From NCBI RefSeq assembly GCF_009914755.1, contig NC_060934.1: a DNA stretch of 64,000 bases; one strand, 5' to 3'. The position numbers and the translations under genes are program-made. The notes below the pieces were generated by a model. It was not told where the DNA came from, did no database searches, and saw only the letters and a list, made by a program, of their open reading frames with translations. Shown piece by piece: positions 46,788 to 59,133 of this stretch. This DNA comes from the human T2T-CHM13v2.0 reference genome, Homo sapiens. Each line of letters starts with the position of its first letter. Position 1 is the stretch's first letter.

Positions 46788-48921
46788 AAGAATACTCTAA
46801 TGCTGTAATTGTGGTGTGTAAACCACTCATATTTTTAGTATGAAGACTAAAAGACAAATATATCAAAAATAATAACTACAACAAATTTTAAGACAGGCTA
46901 TATTAAAAAATATAAATTCAAACAATAAAATGTCAAAAAATAGGAAGATGGGTTAAAGTATGCAGGATTTTTTTAACAATTTTTTCTTTGCTTCTTTTCT
47001 TTGTAATCAAAGTTGAGTTGTCATTAATTTAATTTGTTATATCTATAAAATATTTCTTGTAAGACTCATGATAAATGCAAAGCAAAAACCTATAATAGAA
47101 ACCTATGTGAAAAAGAAAAAGAAAGGAATTAAACATGCTCTCAGAGAAAATCACTTATCCACAAAGGAAGAGTGTAACAAAGGAAGAAAATAAGAGAAGA
47201 CTTACAAAACAGCCAGAAAACAAGTAACAAAATAGTAGTTGCAAATTCTTACCTATCAATAACATTGACTGTAAATGAGATAAAATCTATATGCTGCCAC
47301 AAGAAGCTCACTTCACCTATAAATGCACACATAGACTGAAAGTGAAGACATGGTAAAATATATTCTATGCAAGTGGAAATCAAAAAAGAGCAGGAGTAGC
47401 TACAATTAAGTCAGATAAAATAGACTTCAAGTCAAAAACTGTAAAAAGAGACAAAGAAGGTCACTATATAATGATGAAGTGATCACTTCAACAAGAGCAT
47501 ATAATTGTAAATATATATGCAACCCACAATAGAGTACCCAAATATATAAAGCAAATATTAAAAGATATAAAGGGAGAGCTAGACTACAATAATAATAGGG
47601 GACTAAAACACCCCACTATCAAAAACTGACAGATCATTCAGACAGAAAATCAACAAAGAAACATTGGAATTAATGTGACCAAATAGACTTAGCTGGTATT
47701 TACAGAGCATTTTATCCAACTGCTGCAGAATACACAGTCTTCTCGTCAGCACGTAGAATATTATCCGGGATAGAACATATCCTGGTTACGGTCTATTTAG
47801 TCCACAGAGCAAGTTTCAACAAATTTAAAAAATGAAATCATATCAGCTCTTTTTTCTGAGCATGATAGAATAAAACTAGAAATCAATAACAAGAGACACT
47901 TTGGAAGGTATGCTAATATGTGGAAATTAAACAACATTCTCTTAAAAAAATATGGGTCAATATTAAGAAAACAAAACTTGTTTGAAGCAAATGAAAATGG
48001 AAATACAACGTATCAAAACCTATGGGATACAATAAAAGCAGTACTAAGAGGGAAGTTTATAACAGTAAACATCTACATCAAAAAACTAAAAAGACTTCAA
48101 ATAAACAACCTAACACTGAGCCTTAAAGAACTAGAAAAGCAAGAACACAGCAAACCCAAAATAGTAGAAAGAAAGAAATAGTAAAGATTAGAGTGGAAAT
48201 ACATGAAATTAAGACTAAAATTATACAAAATTAACAACAAAATTAAAAGTTGTTTTTTCGAAAACAGAAACAAAAGTGATAATCCTTTAGCTAGACTTAA
48301 AAAAGGCGAGAAAGCCCATATAAATAAAATCAGAGAAGGGTTTTTGTAGACTATTATGAACAATTGTATGCCAGTAAACTGGAAAACCTTGAAGAAATAA
48401 ATAAGTTCCTAGACACATACAACCTACCATGGTTGAACCATGAAAAATAAAAAACCTGAACAGAACAATAATGACAAATGGGATAGAAGCAATAATAAAA
48501 AGTCTGTCATCAAAGAAAAGCTCAGGACCTGATTGCTTTACTGATGAATTATATAAAATATTTAAAGAAGTACTAATAGTAATTCTACTCAAACTCTTTT
48601 TAAAAATTAAAAAGTAGAGCATACTTCCAAATGCATTCTGTGAGGTCATAATTAATCTAATGCCAAAACCAGACAAAGACACGCACAAAAAAGAAAACCA
48701 TGGAACAATATCCCTGATGACCGTAGATGTAAAAATTCTCAACAAAATGCTGGCAAGCCAAATTCAACTGCACTTAAAAAGGTCATTTATAATGATCAAA
48801 TGAGATTTATCTCTGGGATGCAAGTATGGTTCAACATACACAAATCAATCAATATATCACATTAATGGAATAAAGGACAAAAACCATATGATCATTTCAA
48901 TAAATGCTAAAAAGCATTCAA

Positions 48922-49242
<321 letters not shown>

Positions 49243-51120
49243 GAGGAGACAGAGAAGCAGAAGCAGCAGCATTCAATAAAATTTCACGTTTTCATTATAA
49301 ATAATCTCAACAAGGTAGATATAGAAGGAACATACTGCCAAACAATAAAGTCCATATATAACAAAATCACAGCCAATATCATACTGAAAGGGGAAAAATG
49401 GAAAGCTTTTCCTCTAAGATCTTGAACAAGACAAAGATGCTCACGTTCACCAATTTTATGCAATGTAGTACTGGAATCCTAACCAGAGCAATTAGGCAAG
49501 AGAAAGAAAGAAAGGTATCTAAATTGGAAAGGAAGAAATCAAATTGTTCTTGTTTGAAGATGACATGATCTTATATTGAGAAACACCTAAAAACTCTGTC
49601 AAAAAACTGTTAGAACTGATAAATGAGTTCAGTGTGAAGTCACAGAATATAAAATCAACATGCAAATTCAGTAGCATTTTTATATACCAAAGCAAATAAT
49701 CTGAAAGAGAAATCAAGAAAAAAATGCCATTTGTAATAGCTACAAAAAGTAAAATAAAGTATCTAAGAATAAACTTAACCAAAGAAGTGAAAGACCTCTA
49801 CAATGAAAACTGTAATACATTGATGAAATAAATTGAAGATGACATTTAAAAAATGGAAACATCTTCTGTATTCCTGGATTGGAAGAATTAATTTTGCTAA
49901 CATGACCATACTGCTTGAAGGAATTTACAGATTCAAAAAAATCCCTATCAACTAATGATGTTCTTCACAGAAATAGGAAAAAACATTCTAAAATTTGTAT
50001 GAAACCACAGAAGATTCCAAATAGCCAAAGCAATCCCGAGCAAAAAGAATAAAGCTGGAGGCATCACATTACCTGACTCCAAAATATATTACAAAGCTAT
50101 AGTAACCAAAACAGCATGGTACTGACATAAAAACAGACACATGGACCAGTTAAACAGAATAGAGAACCTAGAAATAAATTCATACATTTTCAGCTGACTC
50201 ATTTTCAACAAAAGTGCAAAGAACATACATTAAGAAAAAGATAGTCTCTTCACTAAATGTTCTTGGGAAAATAGGATAACCATAGGTAGAACAGTAAAAG
50301 TAGATCCCTATCTCTCATCATATATTAAAATCAAGTTGAAATGGATTAAAGACTTAAATATAACACCTGAAACTATGAAATTACTACAAGAAAACACTAG
50401 GGAAACACCTCAGGACATTGGTTTGGGTAAACGATCTTAAGTAAGTCTTCAAAAGCATAGGTAACCAAAGCAAAAATTGACAAATAGGATTACCTCAAGG
50501 TAAAAAACTTTTGCAGAGCACAGGAAAAAATTAACACAGTGAAGGGACAACATATAGAATGGGAGAAAATATTTGCAAACTATCCATCTGACAAGGGATT
50601 AGTAACCAGAACATATAATAAACTCAAACAATTCAATAGCAAAAACAAATAATTCAATTAAAAATTGGCAAAGTATTTGAATAGACATTTTTAAAAACAA
50701 GACAAATGGTGCATGGGTATATGAAAAAATAATCAACATAACTAATTATCACGGGAATGCAAATCAAAAACACAATAAACTATTCTCTCACTACAGGTAA
50801 AATAAATTTTATTCAAAGGACATACAATAATGAATGCTGACAAGGATGCGGAGAAAGTGGAAAAGTCGTACACCGTCAGTGGAAATGTAAACTAGTACAG
50901 CCACTATGAAAAACAGCATGGAGTGTCCTCAGAAATACTAAAATTAGAACTACCATATGGTTCACCAATCCCACTGCTAGGTATATATGCAAAGGAAAGA
51001 AAATCGGTGTATTAAAGACATATCTGCACTCCCATGTTTATCACAGCACTATTCATAATAGCTAAGACATGGAATCAACCTAAGGGTTCATCAAAACATG
51101 GCTGGGTAAAGAAAATGTTT

Positions 51121-54100
51121 ACATATATCATATATATATTCATATGTATATCATATATATTCATATATACGTATATTCATATGTATCATATATATTCATA
51201 TATATTCATATATATCATATATTCATATATATCATACATATTCATATATATCATATATATTCATACATATCATATATATTCATATATATCATATATATCA
51301 TATATATTCATATATATTCATACATATCATATATATTCATATATATCATATATATATTAATATGTATTCATATATATCATATATATTCATATGTATTCAT
51401 ATATATCATATATATTCATATGTATTCATATATATCATATATATTCATATGTATTCATATATATTCATATATATGATATGTATTCATATATATTCATATA
51501 TAATATGTATTCATATATATCATATATATTCATATATATGAATATATATAATATGTATTAATATATGTCATATATATTCATATATATTCATATATATCAT
51601 ATATATTCATATATATACATATATGAATATATATCGTATATATCATATGTTCATATATATCATATATATCATATATATTCATATATATCATATATATCAT
51701 ATATATTCATATATATCATATATATTCATATATATCATATATATCATATATATTCATATATATCATATATTCATATATCATATATCATATATATCATATA
51801 TATTCATATATCATATCATATATATCATCATATATCATATCATATATATTCATATATATCATATATAGTCATATATATCATATATCATATAATATATATC
51901 ATATATGTCATATATATCATATATATCATATATATCATATCATGTATATCATATATATCATATCATATATATATCATATGTATCATATCATATATATCAT
52001 ATATCATATCATATATATCATATGTCATATAATATATATCATATATGTCATGTAATATATAGCACATATGTCATGTAATATATAGCACATATGTCATGTA
52101 ATATATAGCATATATGTCATGTAATATCATATATGTCATATAATATATATCATTTATCATATATATCATATATATCATATATCATATATCATAATCATAT
52201 AATATATATCATATATATGATATCATATAATATATATCATATATATTATATCATATATATTATATATCATATATATTCATATATATCATATATATTCATA
52301 TATATCGTATATATTCATATATATTCATATATATCATATATTCATATATATCAAATCATATATATTCATATGTATTCATATATATCATATCATATATATT
52401 CATATGTATTCATATATATCATATATATATTCATATGTATTCATATATATCATATAGATTCATATGTATTCATATATATCATATAGATTCATAAGTATTC
52501 ATATATATCATATAGATTCATATGTATTCATATATATCATATAGATTCATATGTATTCATATATATCATATAGATTCATATGTATTCATATATATCATAT
52601 AGATTCATATGTATTCATATATATCATATAGATTCATATGTATTCATATATATCATATAGATTCATATGTATTCATATATATCATATAGATTCATATGTA
52701 TTCATATATATCATATAGATTCATATGTATTCATATATATTCATATATATCATATATATCATATATATTCATATATACATATATTCATATATACATATAT
52801 TCATATATATCATATATTTGTATGTACATATATTCATATATACTCATATATTTCATATATATTCATATTTATCATATATATTCATACATATCATATATGT
52901 TATATATATTCATATATATCATATGTTCATATATATATGTCACATGTTCATATATATCATATATATCATATGTTCATTTATATCATATATATTCATATAT
53001 GTCATATATTCATATATCATATCATATATCATCATATATCATATATCATATATATTCATATATATCATATATAGTCATATATATCATATATCATATAATA
53101 TATATCATATATGTCATATATATCATATATATCATATCATGTATATATCATATATATCATATCATATGTATCATATATATCATATCATATATAGATCATA
53201 TATCATATATATCATATCATATAATATATATCATATATATCATATATATATCATATATATCATATCATATATATCATATATATCATATATATCGTATAAT
53301 ATATATCATATATATCATATAATATATATCGTATAATATATATCATATATATCATATAATATATATCATAAATGTCATATATATCATATATGTCATATAA
53401 TATATATCATACATGTCGTATAATATATATCATACATGTCATGTAATATATAGCATATATGTCATGTAATATATAGCATATATGTCATGTAATATATATG
53501 TCATATAATATATATCATTAATCATATATAATATATATCATATAATATATATTATATATGATATATAATATATCATATATATTATATATCATATATAATA
53601 TATATCATATATTCATATATATCATATATTATATATCATATATAATATATATCATATATTCATATATATCATGTATAATATATATCATATATATCATGTA
53701 TAATATATATCATATATATCATGTATAATATATATCATATATTCATGTATATCATATATTATATATCATGTATATTCATATATATCATATATAATATATA
53801 TCATACATTCATATATATCATATATAATATATATCATATATTCATATATATCATATATAATATATCATATATGTTCATATATATCATGTATATTATATAT
53901 CATATATGTTCATATCATGTATAATATATATCAAATATGTTCATATATATCATGTATAATATATATCAAATATGTTCATATATATCATGTATAATATATA
54001 TCAAATATGTTCATATATATCATGTATAATATATATCATATATGTTCATATATATCATGTATAATATATATCATATATGTTCATATATATCATGTATAAT

Positions 54101-54290
54101 ATATATCATATATGTTCATATATATCATGTATAATATATATCATATATGTTCATATATATCATGTATAATATATATCATATATGTTCATATATATCATGT
54201 ATAATATATATCATATATGTTCATATATATCATGTTTAATATATATCATATATATTCATATATATCATGTATAATATATATCATATATAT
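51121..54290. repeat. ~3.2-kb AT-rich compound satellite/VNTR (CATATAT-type base units; 23-, 29- and 35-bp sub-arrays)
   Basis: Visible directly. 29-bp unit TCATATATATCATATAGATTCATATGTAT x~10 (52441-52730). 35-bp unit TCA(A/T)ATATGTTCATATATATCATGTATAATATATA x~10 (53931-54280). 23-bp unit TGTCATGTAATATATAGCA(C/T)ATA (~52046-52115 and ~53437-53490). Confidence 0.98.
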
Positions 54291-56296
54291 GAATCCTATT
54301 TGACCATAAAAAGATTAAAATCATGTAAATTGCAGCCACATGGATGGAACTAAAGGTCATTATGTTAAGCGAAATAAGCTAGTCATAGAAAGACAAATAT
54401 TGCATGTTCTCACTTATATGTGGGGGCTATAAAAACTGACATCATGGAGGTTGTGAATAGAATGGTGGTTGCCAGAGGCTGGGAAGGATAATGATGAGGG
54501 CAAAGAAAGAAGGATTTATTAATAGATATAAAAATACAGTTAGATAGAAGGAACAAGGTCCAGCATCGATAGCATAATAGGGAGGCTGTAGTAAAAAATA
54601 ATTTGTTGTATATTTCAAAATAGCTAGAAGAGATTTGGAATTTTCCCAACACAAATAAATGATACAAGTTGGGGTAATTAATATTTCAGTTATCCAGATT
54701 TGATCATTATATATTGAATGCTTGTATCAAAATGTTACCTGTACCCCCATAAATATGAACAACTATTGTAAACAAGAATATGGAGAGAAAGCATAATAGC
54801 AGTGCTGAATCTTCTAACTGTCATGTAACACATTTGAACATGAATAGAGGCACATAGCCTAATCCTAAAGAAAGATTGTGTGTAGGATTTTCAAGATTCA
54901 GGAAAATATTTATAGGCCTTGGGTTAGGTGCGGGGAGGTTGGTGGTGTAAGTGAGTGAGACATGTAAGTGAGTTGGGAACTGTGATGAGGTGGTGGGTGT
55001 CGGAGACTTCTTCAATTTCTATCTGGCAAGTGTTACTAAGGAAAAATATGTAATGGGAAAACTAGTGCTAGCTGTTTGTTCTTAGGGAAATTCATTCAAG
55101 ATTTAAGAGAAGAGAAGGGAGAAGCAATTAGCCAGGTAAGGAATGAATATTGCTTTGTAAAGGAAACTTTATACGCACTTCAGGTAGTATAGATAGCTGT
55201 GCCTTGCTGTGAATTTGTCAGTTTTCTTGTCTTTCTAAGTTTGAATTTTCATGCTCACATAGAAATAAGCTGTTTATAAAAATTAGCCATAGGCAGGAGA
55301 TTTCCAGAATATTTTGAATTTCTGACTTTGTGACATGACATTGTTTCCTACTTATTTTTTCTTTCTGCTCTTGTATGTGCAAAAAAATGTGACCAGTGAA
55401 ATGTGACCCTCTTGGATCCTGGACTGACCCTTGCAGATAATCATCGAGTGAGGACACTGTTATAAATGATACTAGAGAGTGACCAGCATACCTCCTATAG
55501 AGTCCTGGTTTTCTTCCACTCTTATTGCTACATTTTTTGTGTCTCTCTCAAAATTGATTGTGAGATGCCAGGGCATAGGAATATCTTCTTCGCTCTTTCA
55601 TTCTTTTTTTTAAAATAATATAATGTGTGTGTTTACTGATTTATTATTAAAAATCAAGAAAATCAGTTGCAGAATTTACATTGTTTGACTATTTATTTCC
55701 CTTTCTTTCTTGTTTAATATAACTGTATTTCAGGCATCCTTTTTTTATTCCACAACATAGTTACTTTTTTCCTCTTTGAGAAGAATTTTCTACCACGTTG
55801 TAATTTAAGTGTAGCTAAGAAGCGAAACCCTTTCAATTTTATCTTATAGCATTCAGGATGATGTGATCTTTCTATGTAAAATCCATGCTGGTGTTTTGCA
55901 AGCTATTATCAGCCAAGAGCTAGAGTCAAAAGTAAGGGGATAAAAAAGTCTCTTAGATATTATGACAGAATTGAAGTGACGATAATGTTCATATACCATG
56001 AAAGTAATGTAATACCTTCTTCTCCATGCAGATTTCCTGATGTTATCCTTGTATTAGGAGGAGACGTATTTTTACCTCCTCTCACTCAATCCTTCAGATT
56101 TCTTTCAATCAGAAGGAAATATCAGTTAAATTGAGATCATAGAGCAGGATATTTATTTAATTGCAATCTTATCACTGAATGTGGCTGGTGCTTTCTAATG
56201 TAGTTAGAAGCAATGGTATAAACTATATACCTCAAAGGAATATTCAACTTAGCATTTCAGAAATTCCACTGTCTTGTCCTGTTGGCTGAGTGAAAT

Positions 56297-56304
<8 letters not shown>

Positions 56305-56358
<54 letters not shown>
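56305..56358. repeat. (AT)27 microsatellite
   Basis: Uninterrupted AT run of 54 bp. Confidence 0.95.
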
Positions 56359-56361
<3 letters not shown>

Positions 56362-57649
56362 CATGTTTCGCCTTTGATTCCGGGGGAAAATGTGTGCTTT
56401 TAAGAATTCTATGCACTTTTTATAGTACACATTTTCCAGTTACGTGATTCTGATTATATGGAGGCTGCATTTTTCTCATTGTTGTGAGCTATTTTACAAC
56501 TCTTCAAGTTTTAGATGGAAATGTAAATAATTGTTATCTATAGTAAAGCAAATAACCTGGTTCAATGGAGGGACAACCTCACTCCCTCTGTGAAAGAGAA
56601 CATTTTGCATCTGTCTGTAAATGCATGCCAATATTCCTGGCTTATAAATGTCCCTATCTTTGGATATACCTTTGAACTGGCTTTCTCATTTAATAATGAA
56701 TTAAATAAAATCACTGGCATGTGTTCATTTTTTATCTATGTGAGAATCACGATTTGCCTTAAAAAAATTTTGTTTGTTAACAATTCCAATATCTCAACAT
56801 TGGAGCTAGAGAAGCAATCTCTTTCCTTTTCACTGTATTCCATTTCATTTACTAACATTTAGAAACAAGTAATAACTTATTTTGCTTTTGTCGTGAGGGC
56901 TATGGTACCACAATACATTTTAAGTGAAGGTACCAAAAACCTGTCTAGGTAATTCTCTAAAAATCATTTGTAGCACATTTAACAAATTATGGTAGCAAAG
57001 AATGTGGCCAAAGATGGGCTATTTGGTAGAGTTTAGGCCTTATCCAGTAAGGCAGATATTTCAGGTATTAAACAAATTCACTGATGAACATGCCATAAAT
57101 TAGGAGGTTGATTTCTGTAAGCAGCTTTATAATTTTATGAGCTTCAAAGTAAAATCAGCTACTTTATTTGCTGGAAGTTTATTGCTGTTTAATGCAAAAG
57201 ATCAATTATGAATAGGATTCTCCTTTATGATGGAGCTCTATTAGTTTATTTCAAAGAGAGTTAATGCAATTATAAATTATTCTTGTAAGCACCATTTCTT
57301 TAATGCCAGTTAAAGCTATTATTACCTGGAAAAAGATCAAGGTCTTTTAAAAGTGTTCAAAATAGTAATATCCAAAGAAGAAATACTGATGAATTTTTAA
57401 ATATCTCCGTTCATTTACTTTTTTTCCAGGAGAGGAGCCAGAGCCTTGAGGGATTTAAAATCATTCTTTTGGATTTCCTAATAAAATGGCGTATCTGTGT
57501 ATGTCTGTGTTGTCTGTCATTTGGCAAACTTTTCCCACAGGAAACAAAAAAGAAAGTCAGAGCTAGTTTATATTCTGAATTTTAATATTCAAGACCATGC
57601 TTATAAACATTTTTTGTTCTGGTAGAACTCCTGGGAAAAGCTAAGTACA

Positions 57650-59133
57650 TTTTTTTCTTTCTTTTTTATTTACTTATTTTTTTCTTTATTTCTTCTTAAA
57701 AAAAAACGGGATACATATACAGAACGTGCAGGTTTGTTTCATAAGTGTATGTGTGCCATGGTGGTTTGCTGCACCTATTGACCCGTCCTCTAAGTTCCCA
57801 CCCCTAAACCCCCATCCCCCAACAGGCCCCGGTGTGCGATGTTCCCCTCTCTGTGTCCATGTGTTCTCATTGTTCAGCTCCCACTTATGAGTGAGAGCAT
57901 GCAGTGTTTGGTTTTCTTTTCCTGTTTTAGTTTGTTGAGGATGATGGCTTCCAGCTGCATCCATGTCCTTGCAAAGGACATGATCTCATTCCTTTTAATG
58001 GCTGCATAGTATTCCATGCTGTATATATACCACATTTACCGTATCCAGTCTATCACTGATGGGCATTTGGGTTGGTTCCTAGTCTTTGTTATGGTAAATA
58101 GTGCTGCAGTAAACATACATGTGCATGTGTCTTTATAGTAGAATGATTTATATTCCTTTGGATATATACCCAGTAATGGAATTCCTGGGTCAAATGGTAT
58201 TTCTGGTTCTAGATCCTTGAGGAACTGCAACACTATCTCCCACAATGGTTGAACTAATTTACACTCCCACCAACAGCGTAAAAGTGTTCCTATTTCTCCA
58301 CAGCCTCACCAACATCTATTATTTCCTGACTTTAATAATTGCCATTCTGACTGGTGTGAGATGGTATCTCATTGTGGTTTTTATTTGCATTTCTCTGATG
58401 ATCAGTGATGTTGAACTTTTTTCCTATGTTTGTTGGCCACATAAATGTCTTCTTTTGAGAAGTGTCTGTTCATATCCTTTGCCCACTTTTTGATGGGGTT
58501 GTCATTTTCTTGTAAATATATTTAAGTTACTTGTAAATTCTGGATATTAGACCTTTGTCAGATGGGTAGATTGCAAAAATTTTCTCCCATTCTATAGGTT
58601 GCCTGTTCACGCTGATGATAGCTTCTTTTGCTGTGCAGAAGCTCTTTGGTGTAATTAGATCCCATTTGTAAATTTTGGCTTTTGTTTCAATTGATTTTAG
58701 CATTTTTGTCATGAAGACTTTGCCCATGCCTATGTCATGAATGGTATGGCCTAGGTTTTCTTCTAGGGTTTTTATGGTTTTTGGATTTTACATTTAAGTC
58801 TTTAAACCATCTTGAGTTAATTTTTGCATAAGGTGTAAGGAAGGGGTCCAGTTTCAGTTTTCTGCATATGGCTATCCAGTTTTCTCAGCACCATTTATTA
58901 AATAGGAAATCCTTTCCCCATTGTTTCTTTTTGTCAGGTTTGTTGAAGACCATATGGTCGTAGATATGATGTGTTACCTTTGAGGTCCCTGTTCTGCTCC
59001 ATTGGTCTATGTGTTTGTTTTGGTACCAGTACCATGCTGTTTTGGTTACATGGTCTTGTAGTGTAGTTTGAAGTTGTCTTGGTTATATGCGGTCTTCTTT
59101 GATTCCACATGAAATTTAAAATAGGTGTTTTTT
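57650..59133 (-). mobile_element. 5'-truncated L1PA8-like LINE-1
   Basis: T-rich tail, 'cgggatacat..cagaacgtgcaggtttg...cctattgacccgtcctctaagttcc' 3'UTR, ORF2 C-terminal fragments (58036-58245, 58527-58727). Confidence 0.88.

Noticed and set aside
51034-53924. Long Ile/Tyr/His/Ser-rich ORFs (up to 208 aa)
   Set aside because: Artefact of the CATATAT repeat, which rarely forms stop codons on the + strand. ORFs overlap in all frames and some starts are spaced by the 29-bp unit.
52441-54280. CRISPR-like regular 29-35 bp repeats
   Set aside because: They are head-to-tail repeats with no unique spacers, there are no cas genes, and the DNA is eukaryotic.
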